Source of the DNA: Acidothermaceae bacterium
Lineage (GTDB): Bacteria > Actinomycetota > Actinomycetes > Acidothermales > Acidothermaceae
Direction: 5' to 3'
Assembly: GCA_036380925.1 (NCBI GenBank)
Contig: DASVDW010000175.1
Coordinates: 55 to 64,054 of the forward strand
DNA length: 64,000 bases
Shown: positions 49,264 to 60,939 of the stretch, one piece after another
How the letters are laid out: each line of letters opens with the position of its first letter
Position numbering within the stretch: position 1 is the first letter of the stretch
Translations under genes and position numbers: made by a program
The notes under the pieces: generated by a model
What the model was told of the DNA's origin: nothing
The model's input: the letters and a program-made list of their open reading frames with translations, nothing else
Database searches by the model: none

Positions 49264-49970
49264 CCCGAGCCGACCTTCGCAAGCAGCCGGCCGAGGTCGC
49301 CGCCATGTTCGACGGCGTCGCGGCGCGCTACGACCTGGTCAACGACCTGCTCTCCCTCGGCCAGGACCGGGTTTGGCGCAAGGCGGTCGCCCGCGCCGTC
49401 AACGCGAGCCGCGGTGAGCGGGTGCTCGACGTCGCCGCGGGCACCGGCACGTCGTCGGCGTCGTTTGTCTCGGACGGCGCGACCTGCGTCGCCTGCGACT
49501 TCTCCCTTGGCATGTTGCGGCAGGGCGCCAGGCAACGTGGCGGGGCAGACGTCGAGGGCGTGCGGTTCGTGGCCGGTGACGCGCTCGCCTTGCCGTTCGC
49601 CGACGAGATGTTCGACGCGGTGACCATCTCGTTCGGGTTGCGCAACGTGCACGACACCAATGCCGCGCTGACCGAGTTCCGCCGGGTCACCAAGCCGGGC
49701 GGGCGTCTGGTGGTCGCCGAGTTCAGCTCGCCGACCTGGTCGCCGTTTCGCGCGGTGTACGACCGCTATCTGGCGGTGATGCCCAAGGTGGTCAGCCGGG
49801 TCAGTTCCAACCCCGCCTCGTACGTGTACCTGGCGGAGTCGATCCGGGCCTGGCCGCGGCAGGCCGAGCTCGCCGATTTGATCTTCGCCGCCGGGTGGGA
49901 AAAGCTGGCTTGGCGCAACCTCACCGGAGGGATCGTGGCGCTGCACCGCGCGATTCGGCCCGCTGGTTAA
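49260..49970 (+). CDS. menG: demethylmenaquinone methyltransferase (UbiE/MenG)
   Basis: ATG 49260 overlaps the upstream stop (ATGA). [37 protein letters not shown] motif, and FGLRNV. Confidence 0.9.
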   Translation: MTRADLRKQPAEVAAMFDGVAARYDLVNDLLSLGQDRVWRKAVARAVNASRGERVLDVAAGTGTSSASFVSDGATCVACDFSLGMLRQGARQRGGADVEGVRFVAGDALALPFADEMFDAVTISFGLRNVHDTNAALTEFRRVTKPGGRLVVAEFSSPTWSPFRAVYDRYLAVMPKVVSRVSSNPASYVYLAESIRAWPRQAELADLIFAAGWEKLAWRNLTGGIVALHRAIRPAG

Positions 49971-50011
49971 CACATAGACTCCAAGTTCTTCTTGACGTAG
50001 GCGGTGAATCG

Positions 50012-51343
50012 GTGAGCCAAGGACCGGCCGGGGCGCCCGCCCCGGTGCGTTCGGCGTCGTCCGTGCAAGGGCTGCCGGTCACGGAGTCGGACGTCGTGGT
50101 GGTCGGCGCGGGGCCGGGCGGATCGGCCACGGCCGCCCATCTCGCGCAAGCCGGGCTCGACGTCGTCCTACTGGAAAAGAGCGCGTTCCCGCGGGAGAAG
50201 GTGTGCGGCGACGGCCTCACGCCGCGCGCGGTGAAGCAATTGGTCAAGCTCGGCGTCGACACCAGCGCCGAGGCCGGTTGGTTGCGCAATAACGGCCTTC
50301 GCATCCTCGGTGGGGGCATGCGCCTCGAGCTGCCCTGGCCAGAGCTTGCGAGCTATCCCGATTACGGGCTGGTGCGCACCCGGCTTGACTTCGACCAGAT
50401 GCTCGCGCGGCGCGCGCAAAAGCTCGGGGTGTCGCTGCTCGAGCAGACCCCTGCGGGGTCGCCGATCACCGACGACCGATCGGGGCGGGTCGTCGGCGTC
50501 ACCGCCCGCCCGGCCGGCGCCGAGCGCGACGTCGTTTTCAAGGCCCCGGTGATCGTCGCGGCCGACGGCAACTCCAGCCGGCTGTCGCTGGCCCTCGGCC
50601 TGCACCGCCGGGAGAACCGGCCGATGGGGGTGGCCTACCGCCGCTACTACGAGTCGCCCCGACACGACGACGACTGGCTCGAGTCGTGGCTGGAGCTGTG
50701 GGACCGGGTCGACGGGCAAGACCGGCTGCTGCCGGGCTACGGCTGGGTCTTCGGCATGGGCGACGGCACCAGCAACGTCGGCGTCGGCATCTTGAACACA
50801 TCCGCGTCGTTTCGCAACGTCGACTACCGGTCGCTGTTGAAGCGCTGGGTGGCCCAGATGCCGAGCGAGTGGGCGTTCGACGAGGAGCACGCCCGCGGAC
50901 CAATCCGGGGCGCCGCGCTGCCGATGGGTTTCAACCGCAAGCCGCACTACGACCGCGGCGTGCTGCTCGTCGGCGACGCGGCCGGCATGGTCAACCCGTG
51001 CAACGGCGAGGGCATCGCGTACGCGATGGAGTCGGGCGAGCTCGCCGCCGAGGTGATCGCCCAAGCGCTGTCCCGCCCGGCCGGGCACGCCCGCGAGCTG
51101 GCGCTGCGGGCCTACCCGCGCGCGCTCAACGAGCGCTACGGCGGCTATTACACGCTCGGCCGGCTGTTCGTGAACCTGATCGGCAAACCGGGCGTGATGC
51201 GGACCCTGACCAAGCGCGGGCTGCCTCACCCGACCCTCATGCGGTTCACGCTGAAGCTGCTGGCCAACCTCACCGACCCACGCGGCGGCGACGCGATGGA
51301 CCGGATCATCAACGCCCTCACTCGGCTGGCACCCGCGGCCTGA
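50012..51343 (+). CDS. geranylgeranyl reductase-family FAD oxidoreductase (MenJ-like menaquinone side-chain reductase candidate)
   Basis: DVVVVGAGPGGSATAAHLA (FAD motif), EKVCGDGLTPRAV, and VGDAAGMVNPCNGEGI. The start is uncertain (GTG 50012 or GTG 50063). Directly upstream of nuoA, as in Streptomyces. Confidence 0.85.
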   Translation: MSQGPAGAPAPVRSASSVQGLPVTESDVVVVGAGPGGSATAAHLAQAGLDVVLLEKSAFPREKVCGDGLTPRAVKQLVKLGVDTSAEAGWLRNNGLRILGGGMRLELPWPELASYPDYGLVRTRLDFDQMLARRAQKLGVSLLEQTPAGSPITDDRSGRVVGVTARPAGAERDVVFKAPVIVAADGNSSRLSLALGLHRRENRPMGVAYRRYYESPRHDDDWLESWLELWDRVDGQDRLLPGYGWVFGMGDGTSNVGVGILNTSASFRNVDYRSLLKRWVAQMPSEWAFDEEHARGPIRGAALPMGFNRKPHYDRGVLLVGDAAGMVNPCNGEGIAYAMESGELAAEVIAQALSRPAGHARELALRAYPRALNERYGGYYTLGRLFVNLIGKPGVMRTLTKRGLPHPTLMRFTLKLLANLTDPRGGDAMDRIINALTRLAPAA

Positions 51344-51441
51344 CCCCATCGCGGAGCCTGCCGATCCGCCGCCTAGACTGCACAGCGGTTTGGGGACCAC
51401 CCGAACCACCGAAAACGACGCTTCGAACGCGAGGAGTGGCG

Positions 51442-51813
51442 ATGGTCTTCAGCTACGTTCCGGTCCTCGCCCTTTTCCTACTCGCGGGCGGCTTCGCGGT
51501 CTTCTCGATCATCGCGGGGCGGCTGAGCGGTCCGCGCCGCTACAACCGGGCGAAGTACGACGCCTACGAGTGCGGCATCGAGCCGACACCCCAGCCGGTC
51601 GGCGGCGGCCGGTTCCCGGTGAAGTACTACCTGACGGCGATGCTGTTCATCGTCTTCGACATCGAGATCATCTTCTTGTACCCCTGGGCGGTCGCCTTCG
51701 CGCAGAAGGGCGGCGCCACGGTGTTCCTCTTCGTCGAGATGGTGCTGTTCATCGTGACCGTGTTCATCGCCTACGTGTACGTGTGGCGGCGCGGCGGACT
51801 GGAATGGGATTGA
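51442..51813 (+). CDS. nuoA: NADH-quinone oxidoreductase subunit A
   Basis: ATG 51442. 123 aa with YECGIEP, YYLTAMLFIVFDIEIIFLYPW. Confidence 0.93.
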   Translation: MVFSYVPVLALFLLAGGFAVFSIIAGRLSGPRRYNRAKYDAYECGIEPTPQPVGGGRFPVKYYLTAMLFIVFDIEIIFLYPWAVAFAQKGGATVFLFVEMVLFIVTVFIAYVYVWRRGGLEWD

Positions 51814-51822
51814 GAACCTGAC

Positions 51823-52377
51823 ATGGGCATCGAAGAAAAGCTGCCCAGCGGCTTCCTGCTGACCACGGTCGAGAAGCTGGCCGGGCAGGTGCGGGCCGGC
51901 TCGCTGTGGCCTGCCACGTTCGGCCTGGCCTGCTGCGCGATCGAGATGATGTCCACCGGCGCCGGTCGCTACGACCTCGCCCGGTTCGGCATGGAGGTCT
52001 TCCGGGCGTCGCCGCGGCAGGCCGACCTGATGATCGTCGCGGGCCGCGTGTCGCAGAAGATGGCCCCCGTGCTGCGCCAGATCTACGACCAGATGCCGGA
52101 GCCCAAGTGGGTGCTGGCGATGGGCGTTTGCGCGTCGTCCGGCGGGATGTTCAACAACTACGCGATCGTGCAGGGCGTCGACCACGTCGTCCCGGTCGAC
52201 ATGTACCTGCCGGGCTGCCCGCCGCGGCCGGAGATGCTGATGCACGCGATCCTGGAGCTGCACGAGAAGATCAAGACCACCAAGCTCGGGTCGCAGGGCC
52301 GTCGGCACGCCGCCCAGGCGGAGGCCGAGGCGCTTGAGGCGGTGCCCACGCACCAGATGAAGGACTTGTTGCGGTGA
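51823..52377 (+). CDS. nuoB: NADH-quinone oxidoreductase subunit B
   Basis: 184 aa. The N2-cluster Cys motifs are [17 protein letters not shown] and LPGCPP. Confidence 0.95.
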   Translation: MGIEEKLPSGFLLTTVEKLAGQVRAGSLWPATFGLACCAIEMMSTGAGRYDLARFGMEVFRASPRQADLMIVAGRVSQKMAPVLRQIYDQMPEPKWVLAMGVCASSGGMFNNYAIVQGVDHVVPVDMYLPGCPPRPEMLMHAILELHEKIKTTKLGSQGRRHAAQAEAEALEAVPTHQMKDLLR

Positions 52378-53036
52378 GCGATCAGCCTGTGGGGCAGCCT
52401 TCCGGTGCGCCGCAGCCGTCCGGCCCGCAGGCCGAGACCGGCGAGGCCACCGGAAACCTGCCGGTAGGGGGCGCGCCCGGCTTGCCGTCGTCGCCGCGGC
52501 CGTTCGGCGGCTACTTCGACCACGTGGCGGACGCGATCGCCCGGGCTTATCCCGAGATCTCCGCCGCGATCGAGCGGACGGTGGTCGACCGGGGGGAGCT
52601 CACCTTGCACGTGCGCCGGGAGCATCTGGCCGGAGTCGCCCAGCAGTTGCGCGACGACCCCGACCTGCGCTTTGAGCTGCTGTCGTCGCTGTCGGGAGTG
52701 CACTACCCGATGGACGCCGGTCGCGAGCTGCACGTGGTGTACGAGCTGACGTCGATGACCCACAACCGGCGGGTGCGGCTCGAGGCGGTGGCCCCTGACG
52801 CCGACCCGCACATCCCGTCGGTGACCCGGATTTGGCCGACCGCCGACTTTCATGAGCGGGAGACCTGGGACCTGTTCGGCGTCGTCTTCGACGGGCACCC
52901 GGCCTTGACTCGAATCATGATGCCGGACGACTGGCCGGGCCACCCGCAACGCAAGGACTACCCGCTCGGCGGCGTGCCCGTGGAGTACAAGGGCGCGAGC
53001 GTGCCGCCACCGGATGAGCGGAGGCAATATGCGTAG
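52374..53036 (+). CDS. nuoC: NADH-quinone oxidoreductase subunit C
   Basis: 220 aa with [20 protein letters not shown] and a low-complexity N-terminus. The GTG overlaps the nuoB stop. Confidence 0.92.
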   Translation: MSDQPVGQPSGAPQPSGPQAETGEATGNLPVGGAPGLPSSPRPFGGYFDHVADAIARAYPEISAAIERTVVDRGELTLHVRREHLAGVAQQLRDDPDLRFELLSSLSGVHYPMDAGRELHVVYELTSMTHNRRVRLEAVAPDADPHIPSVTRIWPTADFHERETWDLFGVVFDGHPALTRIMMPDDWPGHPQRKDYPLGGVPVEYKGASVPPPDERRQYA

Positions 53037-54372
53037 CGACGGAGCGCACGCCACGACGGACCCCTACGCCGGGCCCGCTGACTCAGGCGACCGCGTCTAC
53101 ACGGTGAGCGGCGGCGACTGGGACGAGATCGCGGCCGACGCCACCGAGCAGCACGCCGAACGCATCGTCGTCAACATGGGCCCGCAACACCCGTCGACGC
53201 ACGGCGTGCTTCGACTGGTGCTCGAGCTGGAGGGTGAAACGGTCACCCAGGCCCGCGTCGTCATGGGTTACCTGCACACCGGCATCGAGAAGAACTGCGA
53301 GTACCGCACGTACACCCAAGCGGTCACCTTCTTGACCCGCGCCGACTACCTGTCGCCGTTCTTCACCGAGACCGCGTACTCGATGGCCGTGGAGAAGCTG
53401 CTCGGCATCACCGAGCAGGTGCCCGAGCGGGCGAAGGTCATCCGGGTGCTGATGATGGAGCTCAACCGGATCTCCTCGCACCTGGTGTGGTTGGCCACCG
53501 GCGGCATGGAGGTCGGCGCGCTGTCGGCGATGCTGTACGGCTTCCGCGAGCGCGAGCAGATCCTCGACATCTTCGAGATGATCACCGGGCTGCGGATGAA
53601 CCACGAGTACGTCCGACCCGGCGGGGTGATCCAGGACCTCCCACCAGGGGCGGTTGAGAAGATCCGCGAGTTCTTGCAGATCATGCCGAAGAAGATCGAC
53701 GAGTATCACAACCTGCTCACCGGCCAGCCGATCTGGATCAAGCGGTTGCAGGGCGTCGGGTACCTCGATCTCACCGGCTCGGTGGCGCTCGGCACCACGG
53801 GCCCGATCATGCGCGCCGCCGGCTATCCGTGGGACTTGCGCAAGACCCAGCCGTATCTGGACTACGAGACATATGACTTCGACGTCCCGACGCATCCGGA
53901 CGGCGACTGCTTCGCCCGTTACCTGGTGCGCATGGACGAGATGCGCGAGTCGTTGAAGATCGTCGAGCAATGCCTCGACCGGCTGCGGCCGGGCCCGGTG
54001 ATGGTCGAAGACAAGAAGGTGGCCTGGCCGGCGCAACTCGCGCTCGGCGCCGACGGCATGGGCAACTCCCTCGACCACATCCGGCACATCATGGCGACGT
54101 CCATGGAAGCGCTGATCCATCACTTCAAACTGGTCACGGAGGGTTTCCACGTGCCACCGGGCCAGGTCTATGTCCCGGTCGAGTCGCCGCGCGGCGAGCT
54201 TGGCGTGCATCTGGTGAGCGACGGCGGCACCAAGCCGTATCGGGTGCACCTGCGCGAGCCGTCGTTTGTGAACCTGCAGGCCGTCGCCGCCACCTGCGAG
54301 GGCAGCCTTATCGCCGACGTCATCGCCGCGGTCGCCAGCCTCGATCCGGTCATGGGCGGGTGCGACCGATGA
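53014..54372 (+). CDS. nuoD: NADH-quinone oxidoreductase subunit D
   Basis: [14 protein letters not shown], the HLVWLATGG region, and ESPRGELG. An alternative start at ATG 53029 lies 4 nt after GGAGG. Confidence 0.94.
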   Translation: MSGGNMRSDGAHATTDPYAGPADSGDRVYTVSGGDWDEIAADATEQHAERIVVNMGPQHPSTHGVLRLVLELEGETVTQARVVMGYLHTGIEKNCEYRTYTQAVTFLTRADYLSPFFTETAYSMAVEKLLGITEQVPERAKVIRVLMMELNRISSHLVWLATGGMEVGALSAMLYGFREREQILDIFEMITGLRMNHEYVRPGGVIQDLPPGAVEKIREFLQIMPKKIDEYHNLLTGQPIWIKRLQGVGYLDLTGSVALGTTGPIMRAAGYPWDLRKTQPYLDYETYDFDVPTHPDGDCFARYLVRMDEMRESLKIVEQCLDRLRPGPVMVEDKKVAWPAQLALGADGMGNSLDHIRHIMATSMEALIHHFKLVTEGFHVPPGQVYVPVESPRGELGVHLVSDGGTKPYRVHLREPSFVNLQAVAATCEGSLIADVIAAVASLDPVMGGCDR

Positions 54373-55142
54373 GCGGCGAAGGAACCCAGGTGCCTATGCA
54401 ATCCGCGTCGTCCGACGAACTGCCGATGGTCACGCTCGACCCGCGGCTGGGTCCAGCCGCGGTGGCGAGCGATCCGTTGTCGGACGACGCGAAGCAGCGG
54501 ATCCGCGAGCTTGGCGCGCAAGTGATCGCCCGTTACCCGCGGCCGCGCTCCGCGTTGATGCCGCTGCTGTATCTCGCGCAGGCCGAGCAGGGTTACGTCT
54601 CGCCCGACGGCATCAAACTGGTCGCCGAGATGCTGGAGCTCACCACCGCCGAGGTCTCCGCGGTCAGCACCTTCTACACGATGTACAAGCGGCGGCCTTG
54701 CGGTGATTATGCGGTCGGCGTGTGCACCAACACGCTTTGCGCGGTGATGGGTGGCGACGCGATTTTCGACGCGTTGAAAGAACATCTCGGCGTCGGCAAC
54801 AACGGCACCACGCCCGACGGCAAGGTGACCCTCGAGCACATCGAGTGCAACGCGGCTTGCGACTACGCGCCGGTGATGATGGTCAACTGGGAGTTCTTCG
54901 ACAACCAGACCGTGGAGTCGGCCAAAGAACTCGTCGACCGGTTGCGCGCCGGTGACCCGCCGACGCCCACGCGGGGTGCGCCGTTGCGCACCCACACCGA
55001 GACATCCCGGGTGCTCGCTGGTTTTGCCGATGGCGCGGCGAACTCCGGCCCGTCGGCAGGTCCCGCGTCGCTCGCCGGCCTGCGACTCGCCCGCGAACGC
55101 AACGAGACCGCGCCGGCGATGAACCAGGAGGGCAACCAGTGA
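54369..55142 (+). CDS. nuoE: NADH-quinone oxidoreductase subunit E
   Basis: ATG 54369 overlaps the nuoD stop. The 2Fe-2S Cys pattern is VCTNTLCAV...[11 protein letters not shown]. Confidence 0.93.
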   Translation: MSGEGTQVPMQSASSDELPMVTLDPRLGPAAVASDPLSDDAKQRIRELGAQVIARYPRPRSALMPLLYLAQAEQGYVSPDGIKLVAEMLELTTAEVSAVSTFYTMYKRRPCGDYAVGVCTNTLCAVMGGDAIFDALKEHLGVGNNGTTPDGKVTLEHIECNAACDYAPVMMVNWEFFDNQTVESAKELVDRLRAGDPPTPTRGAPLRTHTETSRVLAGFADGAANSGPSAGPASLAGLRLARERNETAPAMNQEGNQ

Positions 55143-56443
55143 GCTTTAATCTCACGCCGGTGCTCACCGCGCAATGGGGCGCCGATCAGTCGTGGACGCT
55201 CGCGGCCTATGAGCGCACCGGCGGCTACCAGGCGCTGCGCCAAGCGCTGGAAATGGAGCCGGACGCGCTGATCCAGCTGGTGAAGGACTCCGGGTTGCGC
55301 GGTCGCGGCGGCGCGGGATTCCCCACCGGCATGAAATGGGGCTTCATCCCGCAAGGTGACGGCAAGCCGCACTACCTGGTCGTCAACGCGGACGAGAGCG
55401 AACCGGGCACCTGCAAAGACATCCCGATGCTGATGGCGACGCCGCACACGCTGGTCGAGGGCGTCATCATCTCCGCCTACGCGATTCGGGCCAACCACGC
55501 GTTCATCTACGTGCGTGGCGAGGTGCTGCACGTCGTCCGCCGGCTGCTCAACGCGGTCGAAGAGGCGCGCGCCGCCGGCTACATCGGAGGCAACGTCCTC
55601 GGCAAGGGCTTCGACATCGAGGTCACGGTGCACATCGGCGCGGGCGCCTACATCTGAGGTGAGGAGACCGCGCTGCTGGAGTCGCTGGAGGGCTTCCGCG
55701 GCCAGCCGCGATTGCGGCCGCCGTTCCCCGCTGTCGAGGGTCTTTACGCGTGCCCGACCGTCATCAACAACGTCGAGACGATCTCGTCGGTGCCGGCGAT
55801 CGTTCGCGGCGGCGCGCAGTGGTTCCGCTCAATGGGCACCGAGAAATCCCCTGGATTCAAAATTTTCTCGCTGTCCGGCCACGTCGCTCGGCCCGGCCAG
55901 TACGAGGCGCCGCTCGGCATCACGTTGCGGGAGTTGCTCGACGCGACCGGCGGGATTCGCGAAGGCCACGAACTGAAGTTCTGGACACCTGGCGGTTCGT
56001 CGACCCCGCTGTTCACCGCCGCGCACCTCGACGTCCCGCTCGACTTCGAGGGGCCGCCACAGCACGGCTCGATGCTGGGCACCACGGCCCTCCAGATCTT
56101 CGACGAGACCACCTGCGTGGTGCGCGCCGTCAAGCGGTGGAGCGAGTTCTACGCGCACGAGTCGTGCGGCAAGTGCACCCCCTGCCGCGAAGGCACCTTC
56201 TGGTACGTGCAGATTTACGAGCGGCTTGAGAACGGCACGGCGACGGAGGAGGACATCGAGACATTGCTCGACCTGTCCGACAACATCTTGGGCCGCGCCT
56301 TCTGCGCCCTCGGTGACGGCGCCACCAGCCCGGTCACGTCGTCCATCCAGCACTTCCGCGACGAGTACGTCGCGCACTTCGAGCAAGGCGGCTGCCCGTT
56401 CGACCCGGTCGCCTCTACCGTTTTCGCTGGAGCGAGCGCCTAA
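55139..56443 (+). pseudogene. nuoF: NADH-quinone oxidoreductase subunit F, interrupted by a single in-frame TGA (55655-55657) at the invariant Cys codon; nonsense mutation, base-call error or recoding event
   Basis: ORFs 55139..55657 and 55712..56443 are in the same frame, with no other stop between them. The translation reads GAGAYI-[TGA]-GEETALLESLEGFRGQPR, where NuoF proteins have GAGxYICGEETAL. All other NuoF motifs are intact. Confidence 0.85.
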
Positions 56444-58923
56444 TGACCGTCACGTCCAACCCACCGGCCGCCCAGCCCCCGGCGCCGCCGTCCGACCTTG
56501 TCACCTTGACGGTCGACGGGTTCGAGGTCTCCGTGCCCAAGGGCACGCTGGTCATCCGGGCGGCCGAGTTGCTCGGCATCCAGATCCCCCGATTCTGCGA
56601 GCACCCGCTGCTTGACCCGGTCGGGGCGTGCCGGCAGTGCCTGGTCGAGATCGAGGGTCAGCGCAAGCCGATGGCGTCATGCACCACCACGGTCACCGAA
56701 GGCATGGTCGTCAAGACGCAGATCACTTCCGCGGTGGCCGAGAAGGCGCAAAACGGCATCATCGAGCTGCTGCTCATCAACCACCCGCTCGACTGCCCCA
56801 TCTGCGACAAGGGCGGCGAGTGCCCGCTGCAGAACCAGACGATGACCAACGGGTACAGCGAGTCCCGGTTCCACGACGTCAAGCGCACGTACCCGAAGCC
56901 GATCGCGATCTCGGCGCAGGTGTTGCTCGACCGGGAGCGGTGCATCTTGTGCACGCGATGCACTCGATTCGCGCAGCAGATCGCCGGTGACCCGTTCATC
57001 GAGATGCTCGAGCGGTCGGCGCTTGAGCAGGTCGCGACGTTCGAAGACCAGCCGTTCAACTCTTACTTCTCCGGCAACACGATCCAGATCTGCCCGGTCG
57101 GCGCGCTCACCGGTTCGCAATACCGCTTCCGGTCACGGCCGTTCGACCTGGTGTCGTCGCCGAGCATCTGCGAGCACTGCGCGTCGGGTTGTCAGCAGCG
57201 CAACGACCACCGTCGCGGCAAGGTGCTGCGCCGTCTCGCCGGAGTCGACCCGCAGGTCAACGAAGAGTGGAACTGCGACAAGGGCCGCTGGGCGTTCAAC
57301 TACGCGTTCGCGGCCGACCGCCTCGACACGCCGCTGGTTCGCGAGAACGGCGAGCTTGTGCCTGCGTCGTGGCCCGAGGCGTTGCGGGCGGCGGCGGCCG
57401 GTCTGGCCGAAGCCCGCGGCCGGGCGGGCGTGCTGGTCGGCGGTCGGGTCACCACCGAAGACGCTTACGGGTACGCGAAGTTCGCTCGGGTCGCGCTCGG
57501 CACCAACGACGTCGACTTCCGCGCTCGGGTGCATTCCGCTGAAGAACTCGACTTCCTGGCGTCGCACGTCGCCGGTCGGTTCCTCGATGTCACCTACGGC
57601 GACCTCGAGGCCGCGCCGGCGGTGTTGCTGGTCGGTTTCGAGCCAGAAGAAGAGTCGCCGATCGTCTTCTTGCGGCTGCGCAAGGCGGCGTTCAAGAAGC
57701 GGACGGCGGTCTTCTCCATCGCCCCGCTGGCCACACACGGCTTGCAGAAGATGCGTGGCCGGCTGCTCGCCGCCGTTCCAGGCGGTGAGGCGAGCCTGTT
57801 GTCGGCGCTGAAGAACAACAAGCTGGACGACGGCGGCGGCGCGCCCGCGGGCGTCGACGACGAGGCCTACCGCGCCAACTTCGCCGCGATCGTCGAGGCG
57901 TTGGCCAAGCCGGGCGCGGTCATCATGGCCGGCGAGCGGCTGGCGGGTGCGCCGGGAGCGCTTTCCGCGGCCGCCGCGCTCGCCCGAGCCACCGGGGCGA
58001 AGCTGGCCTGGGTGCCGCGACGCGCCGGCGAGCGAGGAGCGCTCGAGGCCGGCGCCGCCCCGACGCTGCTGCCGGGCGGTCGTCCGGTCGCCGACGCCGA
58101 GGCCGCCGCGCCGGTCGCGTTGCGTTGGGCCACCACCCTCCCGACCGCCCCTGGGCGCGACACCTCCGGCATCGTCGCCGCCGCGACGGCCGGCGAGCTG
58201 GCCGCGCTCGTGGTCGCCGGCGTCGACCCCGACGACCTGCCCGATCCCGAAGCGGCACGGGCCGCCCTGCAGGCGGCGCCGTTCGTCGTCAGCCTCGAGA
58301 TCCGGCGCAGCGCGGTCACCGACCGCGCCGACGTCGTCTTCCCGGTCGCCGCGGCGATAGAGAAGGCCGGCACCTTCCTTGACTGGGAGGGCCGTTCTCG
58401 GCCGTTCGACGCGTCCTTGCGCGACACCGGCCAGCTGTCCGACTACCAAGTGCTGAACGCGATCGCCGATGAGATGGACGTCCATCTCGGCTTGCCAGAC
58501 CTGCGCACCGCGCGCGCGGAGCTCGCCGCGTTCGCCGGTGGGTACAAGGGTTCGCCGGCCGCACCCGAGGTGGCGCCACCCGCGGCGCCGCGCGCGGGCG
58601 GCGGGTCGGTCGTGCTCGCGAGTTGGCACGACCTGCTCGACGCGGGCAGTCTGCAAGACGGCACACCGTTCCTGTCGGCCACCGCTAAGCCGGTGCGGGC
58701 GCACCTGTCGCGAGCCACCGCTCGCGCGCTCGGCGTCGCCGACGGTGGTCGCGTCGCGATCGGCACCGATCGCGGCTCCATCACGCTGCCGGTCTACGTC
58801 ATCGACATGGTCGACGACGTGGTCTGGGTCCCGACCCGCGCGTCGGGCAGCGAGGTCCATCGCACGCTCGGCGTGGCGGCTGGCGCCGTCGTCCGGATTG
58901 CCGTTGCTGGAGGTGTCGGTTGA
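56443..58923 (+). CDS. nuoG: NADH-quinone oxidoreductase subunit G
   Basis: 826 aa. N-terminal 2Fe-2S/4Fe-4S Cys motifs ([47 protein letters not shown]) and a molybdopterin-like C-terminal domain. Confidence 0.95.
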   Translation: MTVTSNPPAAQPPAPPSDLVTLTVDGFEVSVPKGTLVIRAAELLGIQIPRFCEHPLLDPVGACRQCLVEIEGQRKPMASCTTTVTEGMVVKTQITSAVAEKAQNGIIELLLINHPLDCPICDKGGECPLQNQTMTNGYSESRFHDVKRTYPKPIAISAQVLLDRERCILCTRCTRFAQQIAGDPFIEMLERSALEQVATFEDQPFNSYFSGNTIQICPVGALTGSQYRFRSRPFDLVSSPSICEHCASGCQQRNDHRRGKVLRRLAGVDPQVNEEWNCDKGRWAFNYAFAADRLDTPLVRENGELVPASWPEALRAAAAGLAEARGRAGVLVGGRVTTEDAYGYAKFARVALGTNDVDFRARVHSAEELDFLASHVAGRFLDVTYGDLEAAPAVLLVGFEPEEESPIVFLRLRKAAFKKRTAVFSIAPLATHGLQKMRGRLLAAVPGGEASLLSALKNNKLDDGGGAPAGVDDEAYRANFAAIVEALAKPGAVIMAGERLAGAPGALSAAAALARATGAKLAWVPRRAGERGALEAGAAPTLLPGGRPVADAEAAAPVALRWATTLPTAPGRDTSGIVAAATAGELAALVVAGVDPDDLPDPEAARAALQAAPFVVSLEIRRSAVTDRADVVFPVAAAIEKAGTFLDWEGRSRPFDASLRDTGQLSDYQVLNAIADEMDVHLGLPDLRTARAELAAFAGGYKGSPAAPEVAPPAAPRAGGGSVVLASWHDLLDAGSLQDGTPFLSATAKPVRAHLSRATARALGVADGGRVAIGTDRGSITLPVYVIDMVDDVVWVPTRASGSEVHRTLGVAAGAVVRIAVAGGVG

Positions 58924-60335
58924 CCGGCGCGCATGTGATGTCCGCGTATGTCGCGGCGGCCCCGCAGTTCGCTCCGCAGACCGAGCGCGACCTGTGGTGG
59001 CTGATCATCGTCAAGGCCGTCGCGGTCTTCGCGTTCCTCGTGCTCACCACGCTGTTCATGATTTGGGCCGAGCGACGGGTTGTCGCGCGCATGCAGCAGC
59101 GCATTGGCCCCAACCGGGTGGGCCCGCAAGGCTTGCTGCAGAGCCTCTTCGACGGCATCAAGCTGGCGTTGAAGGAAGACATCATTCCTAACGCCGCCGA
59201 CAAAGCGGTGTTCATCCTCGCGCCCATCTTGTCCGCGATCCCCGCGTTCATGGCCTTCGCGATGATCCCGTTCGGCCCGACCGTCTCGATCGCCGGCCGG
59301 CACACCAACCTGCAGCTCACCGACCTGTCGGTCGCCGTGCTGTTCATCCTCGCGATGAGCTCGATGGGCATCTACGGCATCGTGCTAGGAGGCTGGTCCA
59401 GCGGATCGACCTACCCGCTGCTCGGCGGCGTCCGGTCAGCCGCGCAGATGGTCAGCTACGAGATCGCGATGGGCCTGTCGTTCGTCGGCGTTTTCCTTTA
59501 CACCGGCACTCTTTCGACGTCCGGCATCGTCGACGCCCAGACGCACAAGTGGACCGTGCTGGTCGCGTTGCCGTCGTTCATCATCTACGCGATCGCGATG
59601 GTCGGTGAGACCAACCGCGCGCCTTTCGACCTGCCCGAGGGCGAAACCGAACTCGTCGGCGGCTTCCACACCGAGTACACCTCGTTGAAGTTCGCCCTGT
59701 TCTTCCTCGCCGAGTACATCAACATGGTCACCGTTTCAGCGCTGATGACCACGCTGTTTCTCGGCGGCTGGCGGGCGCCGTGGCCGATTTCGCTGTGGGG
59801 TTCGGCGAACACCGGCTGGTGGCCGCTGCTGTGGTTCCTCGTCAAGATCGGCATCGTGCTGTTTGTCTTCATCTGGCTGCGGGGAACGCTGCCTCGGTTC
59901 CGCTACGACCAGTTCATGAAGTTCGGCTGGAAGGTGCTGATCCCGGTCAACCTGGTCTGGATCCTCATCGAGGCCGGGCTGAAGATGGTGTCGCGCACCG
60001 CGCTGTACATCTGGGGTGGCTCGATCCTGGCGCTGGTGTTGATCGGGCTGTTCATCGCTGACGCGGTTCAGGCCCGCAACCAAAGGCTCGCCGAAATCGA
60101 CGCGCAAGAGGCCGCCGAGCGGCCGTTCGACCCGTACGCCGGCGGATTCCCGATCCCGCCGATGCCTGGGCAGGAACTGCCGACGCAGCGGCCGGTGCCG
60201 GTGGGTGTCGCGTCGTCCGGGCACGAGATCACCGGTTCACTTCCGCCGCACGTCATCACCGACATGAGGAGCGACGAGATCAGCGACGGCGAGACCGACG
60301 CACACGACGAGTCCGATGGAGGCCATCGTGACTAA
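58920..60335 (+). CDS. nuoH: NADH-quinone oxidoreductase subunit H
   Basis: [49 protein letters not shown], and an acidic C-terminal extension as in Streptomyces. The start may be ATG 58935. Confidence 0.93.
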   Translation: MTGAHVMSAYVAAAPQFAPQTERDLWWLIIVKAVAVFAFLVLTTLFMIWAERRVVARMQQRIGPNRVGPQGLLQSLFDGIKLALKEDIIPNAADKAVFILAPILSAIPAFMAFAMIPFGPTVSIAGRHTNLQLTDLSVAVLFILAMSSMGIYGIVLGGWSSGSTYPLLGGVRSAAQMVSYEIAMGLSFVGVFLYTGTLSTSGIVDAQTHKWTVLVALPSFIIYAIAMVGETNRAPFDLPEGETELVGGFHTEYTSLKFALFFLAEYINMVTVSALMTTLFLGGWRAPWPISLWGSANTGWWPLLWFLVKIGIVLFVFIWLRGTLPRFRYDQFMKFGWKVLIPVNLVWILIEAGLKMVSRTALYIWGGSILALVLIGLFIADAVQARNQRLAEIDAQEAAERPFDPYAGGFPIPPMPGQELPTQRPVPVGVASSGHEITGSLPPHVITDMRSDEISDGETDAHDESDGGHRD

Positions 60336-60939
60336 CTTCCTGCCCGGGCCGTTGCGCGGTTTCGGCGTCACCTTCGGCACGATGTTCCGGCCGGTCAACA
60401 CTGAGCTCTACCCCGACGAGAAGAAGCCGACGATGCCGCGCTTCCACGGTCGGCACGTGCTGAATCGCCACCCTGACGGCCTGGAGAAGTGCGTCGGGTG
60501 TGAGTTGTGCGCCTGGGCCTGCCCGGCCGACGCCATCTACGTCGAGGGCGCCGACAACACCGACGAGGAGCGGTACTCGCCCGGCGAGCGCTACGGACGC
60601 GTCTACCAGATCAACTACCTGCGCTGCATACTGTGCGGGCTTTGCATCGAGGCTTGCCCGACGCGCGCGCTCACGATGAGCAACGAGTACGAACTCGCCG
60701 ACGACAACCGCGCCGACCTCATCTACACCAAGGAGCAGCTGCTCGCGCCCCTTGCGCCCGGAATGGAGTTGCCGCCGCACCCCATGCGCCTCGGCGAGGC
60801 GAAGGACTACTACCGTGGCACCCCGGCCGCGCACGTCATGAGCGGCGACGTCGAAGACAGCAGCCGGCAAGGCAGCGTGCTGCGGCAGGAGCAGGCGCAC
60901 TCCGACGTCCAAGACAAGGCAGAAGGAGTCAACCGCTGA
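60316..60939 (+). CDS. nuoI: NADH-quinone oxidoreductase subunit I
   Basis: Two 4Fe-4S ferredoxin motifs: [12 protein letters not shown] and [12 protein letters not shown]. Confidence 0.94.
   Translation: MEAIVTNFLPGPLRGFGVTFGTMFRPVNTELYPDEKKPTMPRFHGRHVLNRHPDGLEKCVGCELCAWACPADAIYVEGADNTDEERYSPGERYGRVYQINYLRCILCGLCIEACPTRALTMSNEYELADDNRADLIYTKEQLLAPLAPGMELPPHPMRLGEAKDYYRGTPAAHVMSGDVEDSSRQGSVLRQEQAHSDVQDKAEGVNR

Noticed and set aside
55658-55730. Possible SECIS element downstream of the nuoF TGA.
   Set aside because: Only short GC stems that any 70% GC sequence would give (for example 55697-55710). There is no extended hairpin at the expected distance with a GU-containing apical loop, so Sec recoding remains unsupported from the sequence alone.
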